Source: Candidatus Gottesmanbacteria bacterium
GTDB lineage: Bacteria > Patescibacteriota > Microgenomatia > 2-02-FULL-39-11
DNA: 64,000 bases
Direction of reading: 5' to 3'
NCBI GenBank assembly: GCA_016186795.1
Contig: JACPKY010000001.1
Span: 65,357 to 129,356 of the forward strand
How positions within the stretch are numbered: position 1 is the stretch's first letter; every line of letters starts with the position of its first letter. Under the pieces are notes generated by a model that saw nothing but the letters and a program-made list of their open reading frames with translations, was not told the DNA's origin and did not search any database. The position numbers and the translations under genes were made by a program. Positions 47,557-58,298 of this stretch are shown in pieces.

Positions 47557-48405
47557 TTATTGAAGGAGACTATTCCAGTCTTCCCAAAATTTAGCAATTC
47601 CAATAGTGGTTAAATCGTGGGAAATATTGTATTCTTGCCATGGTTTTCCCAGAGTAATATCCTCTTTGTATGGAATTGGTTTAAGCTTTCCAACGGGATA
47701 AACATAGCTTGTATCTGGTATTGTAAATCCACCATCTGCCCACGTTTTGAAGACTTTAAATGGACAGGTAATAATGTCCGAACCAAGTCTGAGAGCATAG
47801 AGGATATGGTCAACTCCTCGAAGGCTTGCTGTTAATACTTCTACATGTCCGTCCCCTGAGGTATACATCTCCAGAATATTTTCCACAACCTGCATCCCAT
47901 TCTCTCCTCTATCATCAAGTCTACCTACAAAAGGAGAAATAAAAACAGGATACTTTGCTCCCTTTGTTGCTTCATAGACTGCGGCTGCTTGTGATTGAGA
48001 AAATACCAATGTTATATTAACTGGCATTTCTTTACAGGCAATTTCTGCTGCGGTAAGTCCTTCTTTCGTGCATGGAAATTTTATCGAGTGGTTGGGTATC
48101 CATGTTTTCCTTGCCCGGGCTTGTCTGAGCATTTCATCAGCCTTTGTTTCTTCCTGAGCAAAAACTTGAATGGATATTGAGCCTTCTGGAATAATTCCGC
48201 TCATCTGCCTAACCACTCGTTTGTATTCATCAAGTGCTTGAGTTTCAGTAAGCTTTGTTCCCCCGGCTTTTGCGGTATAGTTTTTTGCAATAAGAGATGG
48301 ATTGGTCGTCTGACCATCTAAGAAACCTAGAAGTACTTTGGCCTGACGAGTTTCTTGAGGAGACCCCCCATCAATAAAAATTTTCGAGCTAATATTTTTT
48401 GGCAT
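47557..48405 (-). CDS. tal: Transaldolase
   Basis: GQTTNPSL, IKFP, NITLVFS..QA, ISPFVGRLDD, ASLR. Confidence 0.92.
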   Translation of the reverse strand: MPKNISSKIFIDGGSPQETRQAKVLLGFLDGQTTNPSLIAKNYTAKAGGTKLTETQALDEYKRVVRQMSGIIPEGSISIQVFAQEETKADEMLRQARARKTWIPNHSIKFPCTKEGLTAAEIACKEMPVNITLVFSQSQAAAVYEATKGAKYPVFISPFVGRLDDRGENGMQVVENILEMYTSGDGHVEVLTASLRGVDHILYALRLGSDIITCPFKVFKTWADGGFTIPDTSYVYPVGKLKPIPYKEDITLGKPWQEYNISHDLTTIGIAKFWEDWNSLLQ

Positions 48406-48409
48406 AGAT

Positions 48410-50299
48410 TTATTTTACTAACTGTACAGCTTCTCTCACAATCGATTTGGCAGATATTCCCTCAAAATCCATAAGTTCATCGGGCTTTCCGCTTCTGGGA
48501 AGCTTGGAAACTGCTAGCTTTTTCACCTGAATATTTTCTAAATTAATAAGCTCATTTAATACCGCATCCCCCAGTCCTCCCTCGTACCAATGATCCTCGA
48601 CAACGATAACATTTCTTGCTTCTTTTGCAAGTTTCCGAAGGGTTACTCCATCAATCGGTTTGACAGAATAACAGTCAACAACAATCGCTTCAATATTTTT
48701 CTTGATTAACTCTTCCTGTGCTTTTAACGCTTCAAAAAACGTCACACCAGCTCCGATAATAAGTACTTTTTTCTGTTCTTTGTTTTTTGTCTGCCCTGAG
48801 CGGAGCCGAAGGGTTTTCTGTTTACTGATTCTATGAATCTTACATCCACCTATAGGAAATTTCTCAGATGGAGCATAGATTACCGGCGTTGCCGGCCGTG
48901 TTGTTCTCATATATCCCATGTGCGGTGCACGGATCATTTCTCCGACAAGCTGAAACGTTGATGTTGCATCCGATGGGTAGACAACAAAACATCCTTGAAT
49001 GGTTCGAAACATAGAAAGGTCCTCAAGTCCCATCTGCGATGGACCATCTTCACCGATAGATACTCCTGCATGAGAACCGCAGATTTTGATATTTGCCCCG
49101 GACAAAACTCCCATCCGGATTTGGTCGTACGCTCGTGTTAAAAATGCGGCAAAAGTCGATGCGAAGGGAATCTTCCCCATTTTGGATAGCCCTATTGCCG
49201 CTCCCATCATGTTCTGTTCGGCTATGTACATTTCAAAGAACCGTGTTGGAAATTCTGCTTTGAATATTTCTGCAAAGGTTGAATTTTTCACTTCGCCATC
49301 CAGTACGACGAGATTTGGTACAATTCTCCCGTAGAACGCCAAAGCCTCTCCGTAGGCTTTGCGTGTTGCGACTTTATCACCGAGTTTGTAGGGAGCTTTG
49401 ATATTTGATCCGCCAACTAGCGGATGATATTTGATATTTGCTGCAGGCGGTTTCTTAACACTAATTTTCAAATCTGTATCAATGTCTCCTAATTCTTTAA
49501 TAGCCTGTTCATATTGATCTTGCGGCAACGGCTTTCCATGCCAACCAAGTTTATCTTCAAGAAACGAAACTCCCTTCCCCTTAATCGTTTTTGCGATAAT
49601 CATGTATGGACCGGTTGTTCTCCCAATCTGCTCATATGCTTTCTCAATCTGCCGAAAGTCATGGCCATCAATGATTTTCGTTGCCCACCCAAAACTTTCG
49701 ACTCGTTTCTGGTAAGTCGATAGATCATATTCAAGCATTGTTGCCTCACTTTGACCCAGGCGGTTCACATCCAAAATTGCTGTAAGATTATTCAGTTTGT
49801 ATTTTCCAGAAAGTGCAAGAGCTTCCCAGACAGATCCTTCGGCCATTTCCCCATCGCCTAAAAGGACGACTGTCATATAGTCGGATTTATCCAAATACTT
49901 TCCATTGAGCGCACACCCAACGCCAATCGATAACCCTTGGCCTAAAGAGCCCGTTGCAGCCTCTGCATAGGGAAAACGAAACGTCGGATGCCCTTCAAGA
50001 TTACTTGTAAAAGTCCGGTAGGAATGCACATCTTCCTCTTTTAGAACATCTGCAAGCATAAAAAGGGCATAATACAGGGGCGATGCATGGCCTTTACTAA
50101 ATATTAATCTGTCATTGGTGGGATTTTTCGGATTTTTAAAATCATAGCGGAAGTATTTTGAAAAAAAAACACTCATAAGATCTGTTGCAGAAAGTGATGA
50201 AGTGGGATGGCCAGATGCTGCCAAAGTTGACATCTGAAGAATCAAATATCGAATCTTTTTGGAAATTTTTTCAAAATCAGGGTTTGGTGAGATCTGCAT
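48410..50299 (-). CDS. tkt: Transketolase
   Basis: SGHPTS, SKGHA, TGSLGQG, GDGE.AEG, IAEQNM, GEDGPSQ. Confidence 0.95.
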   Translation of the reverse strand: MQISPNPDFEKISKKIRYLILQMSTLAASGHPTSSLSATDLMSVFFSKYFRYDFKNPKNPTNDRLIFSKGHASPLYYALFMLADVLKEEDVHSYRTFTSNLEGHPTFRFPYAEAATGSLGQGLSIGVGCALNGKYLDKSDYMTVVLLGDGEMAEGSVWEALALSGKYKLNNLTAILDVNRLGQSEATMLEYDLSTYQKRVESFGWATKIIDGHDFRQIEKAYEQIGRTTGPYMIIAKTIKGKGVSFLEDKLGWHGKPLPQDQYEQAIKELGDIDTDLKISVKKPPAANIKYHPLVGGSNIKAPYKLGDKVATRKAYGEALAFYGRIVPNLVVLDGEVKNSTFAEIFKAEFPTRFFEMYIAEQNMMGAAIGLSKMGKIPFASTFAAFLTRAYDQIRMGVLSGANIKICGSHAGVSIGEDGPSQMGLEDLSMFRTIQGCFVVYPSDATSTFQLVGEMIRAPHMGYMRTTRPATPVIYAPSEKFPIGGCKIHRISKQKTLRLRSGQTKNKEQKKVLIIGAGVTFFEALKAQEELIKKNIEAIVVDCYSVKPIDGVTLRKLAKEARNVIVVEDHWYEGGLGDAVLNELINLENIQVKKLAVSKLPRSGKPDELMDFEGISAKSIVREAVQLVK

Positions 50300-50341
50300 G
50301 GATGTTAATGGTTGTTATTGTAACGCAGACGATGCCTTTTC

Positions 50342-51010
50342 TCAAGACTGAGGAGGGGGTTTGTCGGGATTTCGAAGTGAAGAATCTGCTTGCCCAAGTA
50401 TCTGAATAGCCTTGGAAACATCTGGGGAAGAAAAAATATATGAATTGGCATTGATTCGTGTTGCACCAGAAGATAGTACTTTTTTTGCATTCTCCGGATT
50501 CATCGCCCCATCAACAGTAATTGGTATATCCATATCAATTTCCCGAATTTTTTTTATTTTTTCAACCGTATCCTCTCTATAAGGCCGTCCAGAGAATCCG
50601 GCATCAATTGCCATAACTAAAACACCATCTAAATGGATAATAAACTTATGAATTTTCTCAAAATCAGTCGGGCCATCAATTGCCAGACCTACCTCAACGC
50701 CAAGTTTATATGCTTGTTCAATGTACTCATCGACATAGTCACCTTCAACATGGGCATAAAAGCGCTTAAACCCAACTTTTGCAAAATTCTCCAAGTACCT
50801 GAGTGGATCTTTCACCATCATGTGTAGTTCAAGCTTTGCAGGAGTTTTGAGTGCAGCAAATGCTTGAGAATCAGTAAACGTTTCGTTGGGAACAAGGGTT
50901 CCATCTGCTATATCAATCTGAATCCACGAAACAAATTTTTCAACTAGATGGATCTTTTTTTCTATTTCTCCAAAATCTTTCTCGAGGATGGCAGGAATGA
51001 CTTCAACCAT
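50342..51010 (-). CDS. rpe: Ribulose-phosphate 3-epimerase
   Basis: QIDIADG..VPN, LHMMV, VM....GFSG, VDG. Confidence 0.9.
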   Translation of the reverse strand: MVEVIPAILEKDFGEIEKKIHLVEKFVSWIQIDIADGTLVPNETFTDSQAFAALKTPAKLELHMMVKDPLRYLENFAKVGFKRFYAHVEGDYVDEYIEQAYKLGVEVGLAIDGPTDFEKIHKFIIHLDGVLVMAIDAGFSGRPYREDTVEKIKKIREIDMDIPITVDGAMNPENAKKVLSSGATRINANSYIFSSPDVSKAIQILGQADSSLRNPDKPPPQS

Positions 51011-51476
51011 ATTCTTCTATCTGCTTCAGCCTTCTCACATGCCGTTCTTCTCCGGAAAATTCCGTATCAAGCCATGTTTTAAGAATCTTTTTTGCTTCAT
51101 GCTCTTCCAGCCAATCGCCTGATAACGCAAGAATATTCACGTCATTATGTTCTCGACAGTGCCTTGCGGAGCGAACATCAAATGCAAGCGCAGCTCGTGC
51201 GCCGGAAACTTTGTTTGCCGCAACCACCATTCCTGCAGCAGATCTACAGCACAAAATCCCTTTTGATCTGTCTTTCCAGTGGTAGGGGAAACGAATTCCT
51301 TTCTTTTCGTCAAGACTCACTTTCTGCCCAACAAGAAAGGCAAATTGGGGATAATCATCTTCTTTGTCATACATGGCATTTCCCACATCCTCAACACTAT
51401 ACCCCCAGGTTTTTAACCATCCCTTTATTTTTTCTTTAAGATCAAAACCTCCGTGATCACTCCCTATGTAAATCAT
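51003..51476 (-). CDS. rpiB: Ribose-5-phosphate isomerase B
   Basis: IGSDHGG, DDYP, ANK, HND.NIL, RH.RR. Confidence 0.92.
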   Translation of the reverse strand: MIYIGSDHGGFDLKEKIKGWLKTWGYSVEDVGNAMYDKEDDYPQFAFLVGQKVSLDEKKGIRFPYHWKDRSKGILCCRSAAGMVVAANKVSGARAALAFDVRSARHCREHNDVNILALSGDWLEEHEAKKILKTWLDTEFSGEERHVRRLKQIEEYG

Positions 51477-52408
51477 TTATGTCCTCCGAATTCAAATCTT
51501 AACGCCTGTACGATTTTACCAGAAAATGTCGGCTTCTCAACTGATTTTTTCCTAGCCGCAAGTGATGTTTTTATCACAGGAACCTCAACCTTCAACCTAC
51601 GGGCAGTCCGTACAGCCCACTCTCCAGTTGTTCCACCTCCTACCATCCCTGAAACATTTGCAAGTCCTGGATCATTGGCCAAGGCGCGATTCAAAAGTTC
51701 CATGAGGAATCCACGGACAATACTTCCATGACTCCAATTGTGTGCCACCCGCTTTAGATCGATTGGAAAAGGAGATTTCGCCAAAAGTTCAAATCCCTCG
51801 CCAATTGCTTCAAGCATGCCATATTCAACCCCGTTATGGACCATTTTCACAAAGTGGCCTGACCCAGATGGACCAAAATACTCAAATCCGCTGGGTGTAG
51901 CAATTGTTGAGAAAAAATCTTTGAGCTGAATAAAAATTTCCTCATCTCCCCCAATCATCAGACAGGCGCCATCTCTTGCTCCTTCAAGACCGCCGCTTGT
52001 ACCAATATCGAGAAAGTGGATTCCCTTTTTCTTCAACTGATCGTGCCGCTTCATTGAATCTTTATAGAAAGAATTACCTCCATCAATAAGAATATCTCCA
52101 ACTTTCAGCTTTGCTTTCAGAAGTCCGCGAATGAGGCTCTCGACAGGATTACCATGTTCAACCATTATCCAGATGATACGAGGTGGAGAAACGTTCTTTA
52201 TAAGCTGTTCTAAATTGTAGGAGGGAGTAAGATTTCCGTACGGAGAGGGTGGAAACGGATTTTTCTGCAAAGTCTTCTCAAAGTCTTGTAAAAGCTCTTG
52301 GGTCTTTTCTGGGCTTCGATTGAAAACAACAACGTCAACACCTTTTTCCAGAAGATGCAATACCATGGCCCTCCCCATTCTTCCCAAACCAATAAACCCA
52401 AGTTTCAT
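51473..52408 (-). CDS. gnd: 6-phosphogluconate dehydrogenase (short type)
   Basis: GLGRMG, IDGGNS, GTSGG, GHFVKMVHNGVEYG, ALRFEFGGH. Confidence 0.93.
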   Translation of the reverse strand: MKLGFIGLGRMGRAMVLHLLEKGVDVVVFNRSPEKTQELLQDFEKTLQKNPFPPSPYGNLTPSYNLEQLIKNVSPPRIIWIMVEHGNPVESLIRGLLKAKLKVGDILIDGGNSFYKDSMKRHDQLKKKGIHFLDIGTSGGLEGARDGACLMIGGDEEIFIQLKDFFSTIATPSGFEYFGPSGSGHFVKMVHNGVEYGMLEAIGEGFELLAKSPFPIDLKRVAHNWSHGSIVRGFLMELLNRALANDPGLANVSGMVGGGTTGEWAVRTARRLKVEVPVIKTSLAARKKSVEKPTFSGKIVQALRFEFGGHK

Positions 52409-52465
52409 GTTTTCATTATATTCTACTTTCTTTGCGTACTCAAAGAAATAGATAATAATGTATAT

Positions 52466-53170
52466 ATGGATAATATTTGGCTAAGCCAAATTATAAGAAA
52501 TCTAGAACTATTTGAACGTGATTTTGTAATCGCTTGCCAAAAGGCTGGGAGGAAAAAAGAAGATGTACAGATTCTCTACGCCACAAAATATCTTCAACCC
52601 CACGAATTTTTGGAATTTGTAAACTTTCTTCACGATACAAAGCGCCCGATCATCATCGGAGAAAATCGCATACAGGATGGAAAGAAGAAGTTAGACTTTG
52701 TTAAAAATCAAAAGCCAATACTTTTCAAGTACATTACTCCAATATCTATTGGGACTCTTCAAACGAACAAAATAAATACCGCACTGACCTACTTTTCAGA
52801 AATTCACTCGGTCGATTCTCTTGACCTCGCTGTGGACTTGAACAATCGTCTCGCAAGATCGGGAAAAACCCTTGCTGTGTATATAGAAGTCAATGCGTCA
52901 GGAGAACAAGCAAAGCATGGATTGACTCCTTCTGAATTTCCACGCGTGTATACTACAATTCAACAATTGAAATATATTCATGTAAAAGGACTTATGACAA
53001 TGGCACCATTAACAGAGAATGTAAAAACTATTCATAATGTCTTCAGGAAAGCAAGAACCTTGGCCAACACATATGGTCTTCTCACGTCTATGGGCATGAG
53101 TCATGATTGGAAAATAGCGCTCGAAGAAGGAAGCGTTATGATAAGAATTGGTTCAGCAATTTTTTCATAA
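52466..53170 (+). CDS. yggS: PLP homeostasis protein
   Basis: ATK, GENR.Q, IG.LQTNK, IHSVDS, GLMTM, SMGMS.D, RIGSAIF. Confidence 0.92.
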   Translation: MDNIWLSQIIRNLELFERDFVIACQKAGRKKEDVQILYATKYLQPHEFLEFVNFLHDTKRPIIIGENRIQDGKKKLDFVKNQKPILFKYITPISIGTLQTNKINTALTYFSEIHSVDSLDLAVDLNNRLARSGKTLAVYIEVNASGEQAKHGLTPSEFPRVYTTIQQLKYIHVKGLMTMAPLTENVKTIHNVFRKARTLANTYGLLTSMGMSHDWKIALEEGSVMIRIGSAIFS

Positions 53171-54634
53171 CCACGTTCTCCCGTCCTTTTCTAAAAGACG
53201 CTTTGCTTCATCTGGACCCCAACTTCCAGGAATATAGATTGGAAGAGGATACGTCTCATTTTTCTCCCAAACATGCAATATTCTCGTGATAAACTCCCAA
53301 CTTGCAGCTAACTCATCACTTCTATTAAATAACATCTGATCTGCTTGAAACGCCGAGAGTAATACTCGTTCATAGGCTTCTATTGGCTTTCTGCCGACAA
53401 AGGACTGCTCATAGTGCATCTCTAAATCAGCCGGTTTCATGACAAATTTATGCTGTGGCTCTTTGGTAATAAAACGGATTCGAATTCCCTCTTTGGGGCT
53501 TATACAAAAAGTAAGAACATTCCCCTCCTCCGGACATCCGTATTCTTTAAAGAGGATATGACATGTCTGTTTAAATACTATTGAGATTTCTACCCTATCC
53601 TCCTTCATTCGCTTACCGCTTCGTAAGTACCAAGGTACTCCTTGCCAACGGGCAGAATCTGAAAAGACTTTCATTGCAACAAACGTCTCTGTTTTGGATA
53701 ATCGATCGACACCTTTTTCCTCTCTATATGGACCATATTGGCCGCGGATAACGTGAGAGTTTACCTCACTTTCTTTCAAACACCGAAGCGATTTTATTGC
53801 CGAAGTACGAGCGTCACGCACACTATCACCTGAGAAACTCTTTGGCTGTTCCATAGCAATAAGAGCAAACATTTCAAGTACATGATTTTGCATTACATCC
53901 CGAAGAGCTCCAAGTCCATCGTAGAGCTTACCCCTTCCATCAACTCCACCGGCCTCAGCCATGGTAATTTGGATATGATCAACATATTCCTTATTCCAAA
54001 TCGGCTCAAAGATACTGTTAGCAAATCTAAATGTAATAATGTTTTGGATTACCTCTTTGCCAAGATAATGATCAATTCTATAAATTTGTTTTTCTTCAAA
54101 CGTAGCTGCCAGCTTCTCTTCAAGTAACTTTGCCTGGTCTATATCTTTTCCAAAGGGTTTCTCAATAAGAATTCTTGTCCAACGGTTACTACCCTGTCCA
54201 CAACCTTCTGCAAGTTTTGTTTTTTCAAGCTTTGTCAAAATTGTTGAATAATTTTGCGGGGGAGTTGCCAAATAAAAAAAACGACTAATACACGCGCCCA
54301 TTTGTTTATCAAATGAGGAAAGAAGTTCTATAAGCTTTCCATATGGGCTATCATCTTCAAAAAGACCCTCTTGATAAAAGAGATTTTTAGAAAGTTTATT
54401 CCAGACTGATCCATCGACATTTTTTGTCAGTCTCTGTTTATCCAAGGATACTCTGATCATTTTCCGGAACTCCTCATGTGACATTGGACGACGGGAAAAA
54501 CCAACGATGAGAAACGCCTCAGGAAGGATCTTTTGTGAAAGTAAACTCAAAAGAGCCGGTATAAGTTTTCTTTGCATCAAATCCCCTGTTGCGCCAAAAA
54601 TGACCATGACGAAAGGAGAAATTGTAGGATTCAT
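53165..54634 (-). CDS. zwf: Glucose-6-phosphate 1-dehydrogenase
   Basis: [27 protein letters not shown]. Confidence 0.96.
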   Translation of the reverse strand: MNPTISPFVMVIFGATGDLMQRKLIPALLSLLSQKILPEAFLIVGFSRRPMSHEEFRKMIRVSLDKQRLTKNVDGSVWNKLSKNLFYQEGLFEDDSPYGKLIELLSSFDKQMGACISRFFYLATPPQNYSTILTKLEKTKLAEGCGQGSNRWTRILIEKPFGKDIDQAKLLEEKLAATFEEKQIYRIDHYLGKEVIQNIITFRFANSIFEPIWNKEYVDHIQITMAEAGGVDGRGKLYDGLGALRDVMQNHVLEMFALIAMEQPKSFSGDSVRDARTSAIKSLRCLKESEVNSHVIRGQYGPYREEKGVDRLSKTETFVAMKVFSDSARWQGVPWYLRSGKRMKEDRVEISIVFKQTCHILFKEYGCPEEGNVLTFCISPKEGIRIRFITKEPQHKFVMKPADLEMHYEQSFVGRKPIEAYERVLLSAFQADQMLFNRSDELAASWEFITRILHVWEKNETYPLPIYIPGSWGPDEAKRLLEKDGRTWL

Positions 54635-54641
54635 AGCCGCT

Positions 54642-55028
54642 TTATTTTTCTTTCTTATGATGCGAACTGCCAATTGCACTCAGAATTAATGCAAGAAACA
54701 GAAAACCCCACCCTGCAATATAGAAAAGTATAGGAAAAAGGTCAGACAGAATAAGGTTGACGATCCGTTGAAGTTTGAAATGAGGTTGAACCGTAATGAG
54801 AGATCGTAATGTCTGTTCCCGAAGACCAGTTATAATATGTTTGTCGTACTCATAGGAGAAAAGAAGGATAGCAAATGCCAGAAGAATGAAAGTTGAGACC
54901 CGTGATGGTCGATAAAGAGAGAGACTAATTCCAAGAATAATCCCCATGAAGTAGGCAAATGCTTCATAGTTGTGGGAAAAAAGAAGATACACTGTTACTA
55001 TGATATTCTGTTGAAGATCCGGAGCCAT
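54642..55028 (-). CDS. Small membrane protein
   Basis: Three to four TM segments; in operon. Confidence 0.7.
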   Translation of the reverse strand: MAPDLQQNIIVTVYLLFSHNYEAFAYFMGIILGISLSLYRPSRVSTFILLAFAILLFSYEYDKHIITGLREQTLRSLITVQPHFKLQRIVNLILSDLFPILFYIAGWGFLFLALILSAIGSSHHKKEK

Positions 55029-55040
55029 TCTCTTATTCTA

Positions 55041-55790
55041 CTAGATTTGAACATCAGTAAAAAGGTGAACATACTTTATTTCATCTAAGATTATTGCTGG
55101 AAAAATACCAAGGTTTTTCCTATTGTGATAGTCCTGTAACTTTTTTAAAATGGATCTTTTCTTCTCACCAACAACATAAACAACAGCCACATCCATCAAT
55201 CGAAGAGCTTTCGGAGTTAAAGTAATCCTTTGAGGAAATTGTCCTGTGTTTCTATAACCTACAACGAGGTGATCTATGTTCCATTTCTGTCCGTACCCAG
55301 GCAAGAGTCCAGCGGTATGGCCATCCTTCCCCATCCCTAGAAGAGCAATTTTATAAAAATCTTCCGAAAATAATTGCTTTATTTCTTTTTCGTATCCTTG
55401 TGCCGAAATCCCGAGCGTCCCTTTTTGAGAAACTAGATGTACCGGAATATTTTTCCCTTTGCAAACGTTCCAAAGTCCAGTTTTGCCTATCTCAATAGCA
55501 TTAATAGAGCTTGTGTTCTTTTGTCCTCTGTTTACTGTTATCTGTTTACTGTTATCTGTTTTCTGAGATGGCTGGAATCGTTCATCAACTTGCGCAAGAG
55601 CAAGATGGGTATGTCTCACTTGTTTAAGATAAATGCCGAATTGGACATAAACATCTACCAAACTTCCTCCGGATAAAAAGAGGGAAACTCCTTTGTTTAA
55701 ATTCCTCTGGAGCTGAGATAAAATGAAAACCACTAAATTTTCAATAGTTTTCTCTCTGGATACAAAAGTATGGACTAAAACACTCTCCAT
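55041..55790 (-). CDS. pgl: 6-phosphogluconolactonase
   Basis: LSGGS, DER, LGMG.DGHTA, RITLT. Confidence 0.88.
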   Translation of the reverse strand: MESVLVHTFVSREKTIENLVVFILSQLQRNLNKGVSLFLSGGSLVDVYVQFGIYLKQVRHTHLALAQVDERFQPSQKTDNSKQITVNRGQKNTSSINAIEIGKTGLWNVCKGKNIPVHLVSQKGTLGISAQGYEKEIKQLFSEDFYKIALLGMGKDGHTAGLLPGYGQKWNIDHLVVGYRNTGQFPQRITLTPKALRLMDVAVVYVVGEKKRSILKKLQDYHNRKNLGIFPAIILDEIKYVHLFTDVQI

Positions 55791-55794
55791 TGAT

Positions 55795-56892
55795 TTAATC
55801 TTTCTTTTGAAGAAGATCAGCAAGTTTTTCTTTTATTCTCTCGGTTACTTCAACAAACACAACTCCTTCTTCGGGTTGGCCGTACAAAACGACTGACCCT
55901 AAAGGAGCAAGAAGAATAGCCGGCACCCCGGCAAGGTCATCTTCACCGTCAACCACAATGATGGTTGATGTAAGATTAAAAACTGCACGATGAAATGAAT
56001 CATAAATTGCATCAACAAGATTTTTTGTAATGGTACTAGGCGGATTGAATGCCTGTACTCGTATATATTGTTTGGCATCGGCGGATTCGCTCAGGATGAC
56101 AGAATCAGGAAATCCCAACTCAGAAATTGAATTATATTTCCTGATTCTGTGCACTTTAAAATCAATAACCGCGATATGGATTTTTTGATCAATGGTATTG
56201 AACAGTTTGGTTACCTCATCCCCAATTGTGATCACAAGATTTTCTTTCTTTAACTTCGCTTGGAGAATATCTGTTAGTTCACCTAAGTTGTTTGGGTTAC
56301 CGGCAACAAGTTCCCCTTGTGGTTTCTTCAGTTTCTGCCGGATATCTTCTGGAATACCGGACTCAAAAAAGCAAAGAGATCTATAGAGATGACCATATCT
56401 ATCAATTTCACCCTGCCGAATCCGGGTTGATGCAATTGAACGGTTATCTTCGGCCATTATCAAAGGTACTTCAATAAGTTTGAGTTTGGGAAGATTTAAC
56501 TCAACTCTTTTTCGATTTACCTCTTCTCCTCCTTTTTGTGAATCTTTTGTCACTACAAGAGCTTGGATCTGGGTCCTTTCTATAGCAGGTCCATAGACAT
56601 CATGAATTTCCACAATTTCCGCCCGTGGTAAGAAACCTTTTTCCTTCAAAAAATTTTCTAACTCTTTTTTTCTCTCTCCAAATTTTTGATATGTGATATG
56701 TATTTTTGATTTTTGTCCGCCAGCTGGCGGATTGATTTTTGATTTTGTGTAAACATCCGATGTTAATCCAATAATAACTTTGTCGCTTAACTCAAACGCC
56801 TTAAGGATAAAGGATTTGTGTCCCTGATGGAGACGGTCAAAGGTACCAGCAATGGCAACAACGGGATACGAATATGAAGACTGTTGAACCAT
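55795..56892 (-). CDS. Fusion: archaeal-type phosphopantetheine adenylyltransferase plus DUF359 (GTP-dependent dephospho-CoA kinase)
   Basis: GTFDRLHQGH, IGLTSD, D.YGP, STRIR.GEID; LKKP.G, IGD, VDGEDDL, YGQP.EG. Confidence 0.85.
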   Translation of the reverse strand: MVQQSSYSYPVVAIAGTFDRLHQGHKSFILKAFELSDKVIIGLTSDVYTKSKINPPAGGQKSKIHITYQKFGERKKELENFLKEKGFLPRAEIVEIHDVYGPAIERTQIQALVVTKDSQKGGEEVNRKRVELNLPKLKLIEVPLIMAEDNRSIASTRIRQGEIDRYGHLYRSLCFFESGIPEDIRQKLKKPQGELVAGNPNNLGELTDILQAKLKKENLVITIGDEVTKLFNTIDQKIHIAVIDFKVHRIRKYNSISELGFPDSVILSESADAKQYIRVQAFNPPSTITKNLVDAIYDSFHRAVFNLTSTIIVVDGEDDLAGVPAILLAPLGSVVLYGQPEEGVVFVEVTERIKEKLADLLQKKD

Positions 56893-56906
56893 ATAATAAA
56901 TATAAA

Positions 56907-58298
56907 TTAGAATGTTCCGGAAAGGAGTTTTTCGTACAATTCTCGGTATTTTCCAGCACTTTTCTCCCAGGAAAAATCAGTTTGCAATGCATTTTGTACC
57001 ATCGTCTCATATGACTTCCTATGGTTTTTCCAGATATTGATTGCTTTTGATACAGTATTTTCCAGAGACTTTGCCGAATAATTCTCAAATAAAAATCCGT
57101 TGAACCCATCCCGTATGGAATCGGCAAGTCCTCCGGTTTTGTGAGCAATGGGAAGTGCTCCAAACTCCATCGCACTCATCTGAATAAGCCCACATGGTTC
57201 AAATCTCGATGGGATAAGAATGAAATCTGCTCCACCATATATTTGATGAGCTAAAATTGTATCAAAGGTAAGTCTTGTTGCAATGGTTTTCGGATAAAAC
57301 GTTGATAACCATTGAAACCGATCTACCCATTGAATGTTACCCGATCCAAGAACTATCATCTGGTAGTCGTCCCGGTTACTCCCCTGCAGCATCTCGTAAA
57401 GAATTTCAATTCCTTTTTGGTTTGGGTCAAATCTGCCGATAAACGCAAGAAGTGGAATGGCGTTTCCTACTTTGAGCTTCAGTTTCCTTTGCAAAAACAG
57501 CTTATTCTTTCGCTTTACTTCTTCCCAATCAGGAAGTGTTGGAATCTTCACATAGCGATTGTTTTTCCAATGGTTCTGAATGCCATTGAGAATTCCAAAT
57601 AGCCTTCCTTCTTTTCCGCGTAATATTTCATCCAAACCCATCCCGTATTCTGTCGTTGTGATCTCCCGAGCATATGTTGGAGAAACTGTTGTGACAATAT
57701 CAGTATGAATAATTCCTTCCGCAAGCATTCGAGACGTTTCGCTACTGCCCTCCCACTTGGATACTTTCGATGAAAGATGTGGATATCCCATTTTTGTAAA
57801 GACTCCAAGCGGTATCGATCCCTGATATAAAAGATTATGGATGGTAAGAAGTGTTTTCATGGGAATCTTTTCCTCCTTTAAAAGAAGGGGAATAAGTCCT
57901 GTATGGTGATCGTTACAGTGGATAATATCCGGCCTCCAGTCGAGAATTTTCTGCTTGATGATGGAAATAATAACGCTATTGAAGAATGGGAATGTATCTG
58001 GAGGTTTTGGAACATCAAAAAAGGTGGAATTTTGCAAAAGGTATACGGAAATAGCCGAAGTAGGATGACGAATGGTAAAAATTTCAATTCGCTCTTTTTT
58101 CCTATCATAGGCAAGAGTGAGATTTCCTATTTTTGTTTTCCGCGATTGGTGAAGTTTTATCGCCTTGTAGTAAGGCATGATGACCCGTACTTCAACTCCG
58201 AGTGTCGACAAAGCTGCAGGAAGAGAGGAAGCAACATCCCCAAGACCTCCCCTTTTTAAGAACGGATCCATTTCCCAGGAAACAAAAAGAACGTTCAT
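56907..58298 (-). CDS. glgA: Glycogen synthase
   Basis: KRGGLGDV, HCND, TIHNL.YQG, TVSPTYA.EI, PSRFEPCGL. Confidence 0.93.
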   Translation of the reverse strand: MNVLFVSWEMDPFLKRGGLGDVASSLPAALSTLGVEVRVIMPYYKAIKLHQSRKTKIGNLTLAYDRKKERIEIFTIRHPTSAISVYLLQNSTFFDVPKPPDTFPFFNSVIISIIKQKILDWRPDIIHCNDHHTGLIPLLLKEEKIPMKTLLTIHNLLYQGSIPLGVFTKMGYPHLSSKVSKWEGSSETSRMLAEGIIHTDIVTTVSPTYAREITTTEYGMGLDEILRGKEGRLFGILNGIQNHWKNNRYVKIPTLPDWEEVKRKNKLFLQRKLKLKVGNAIPLLAFIGRFDPNQKGIEILYEMLQGSNRDDYQMIVLGSGNIQWVDRFQWLSTFYPKTIATRLTFDTILAHQIYGGADFILIPSRFEPCGLIQMSAMEFGALPIAHKTGGLADSIRDGFNGFLFENYSAKSLENTVSKAINIWKNHRKSYETMVQNALQTDFSWEKSAGKYRELYEKLLSGTF

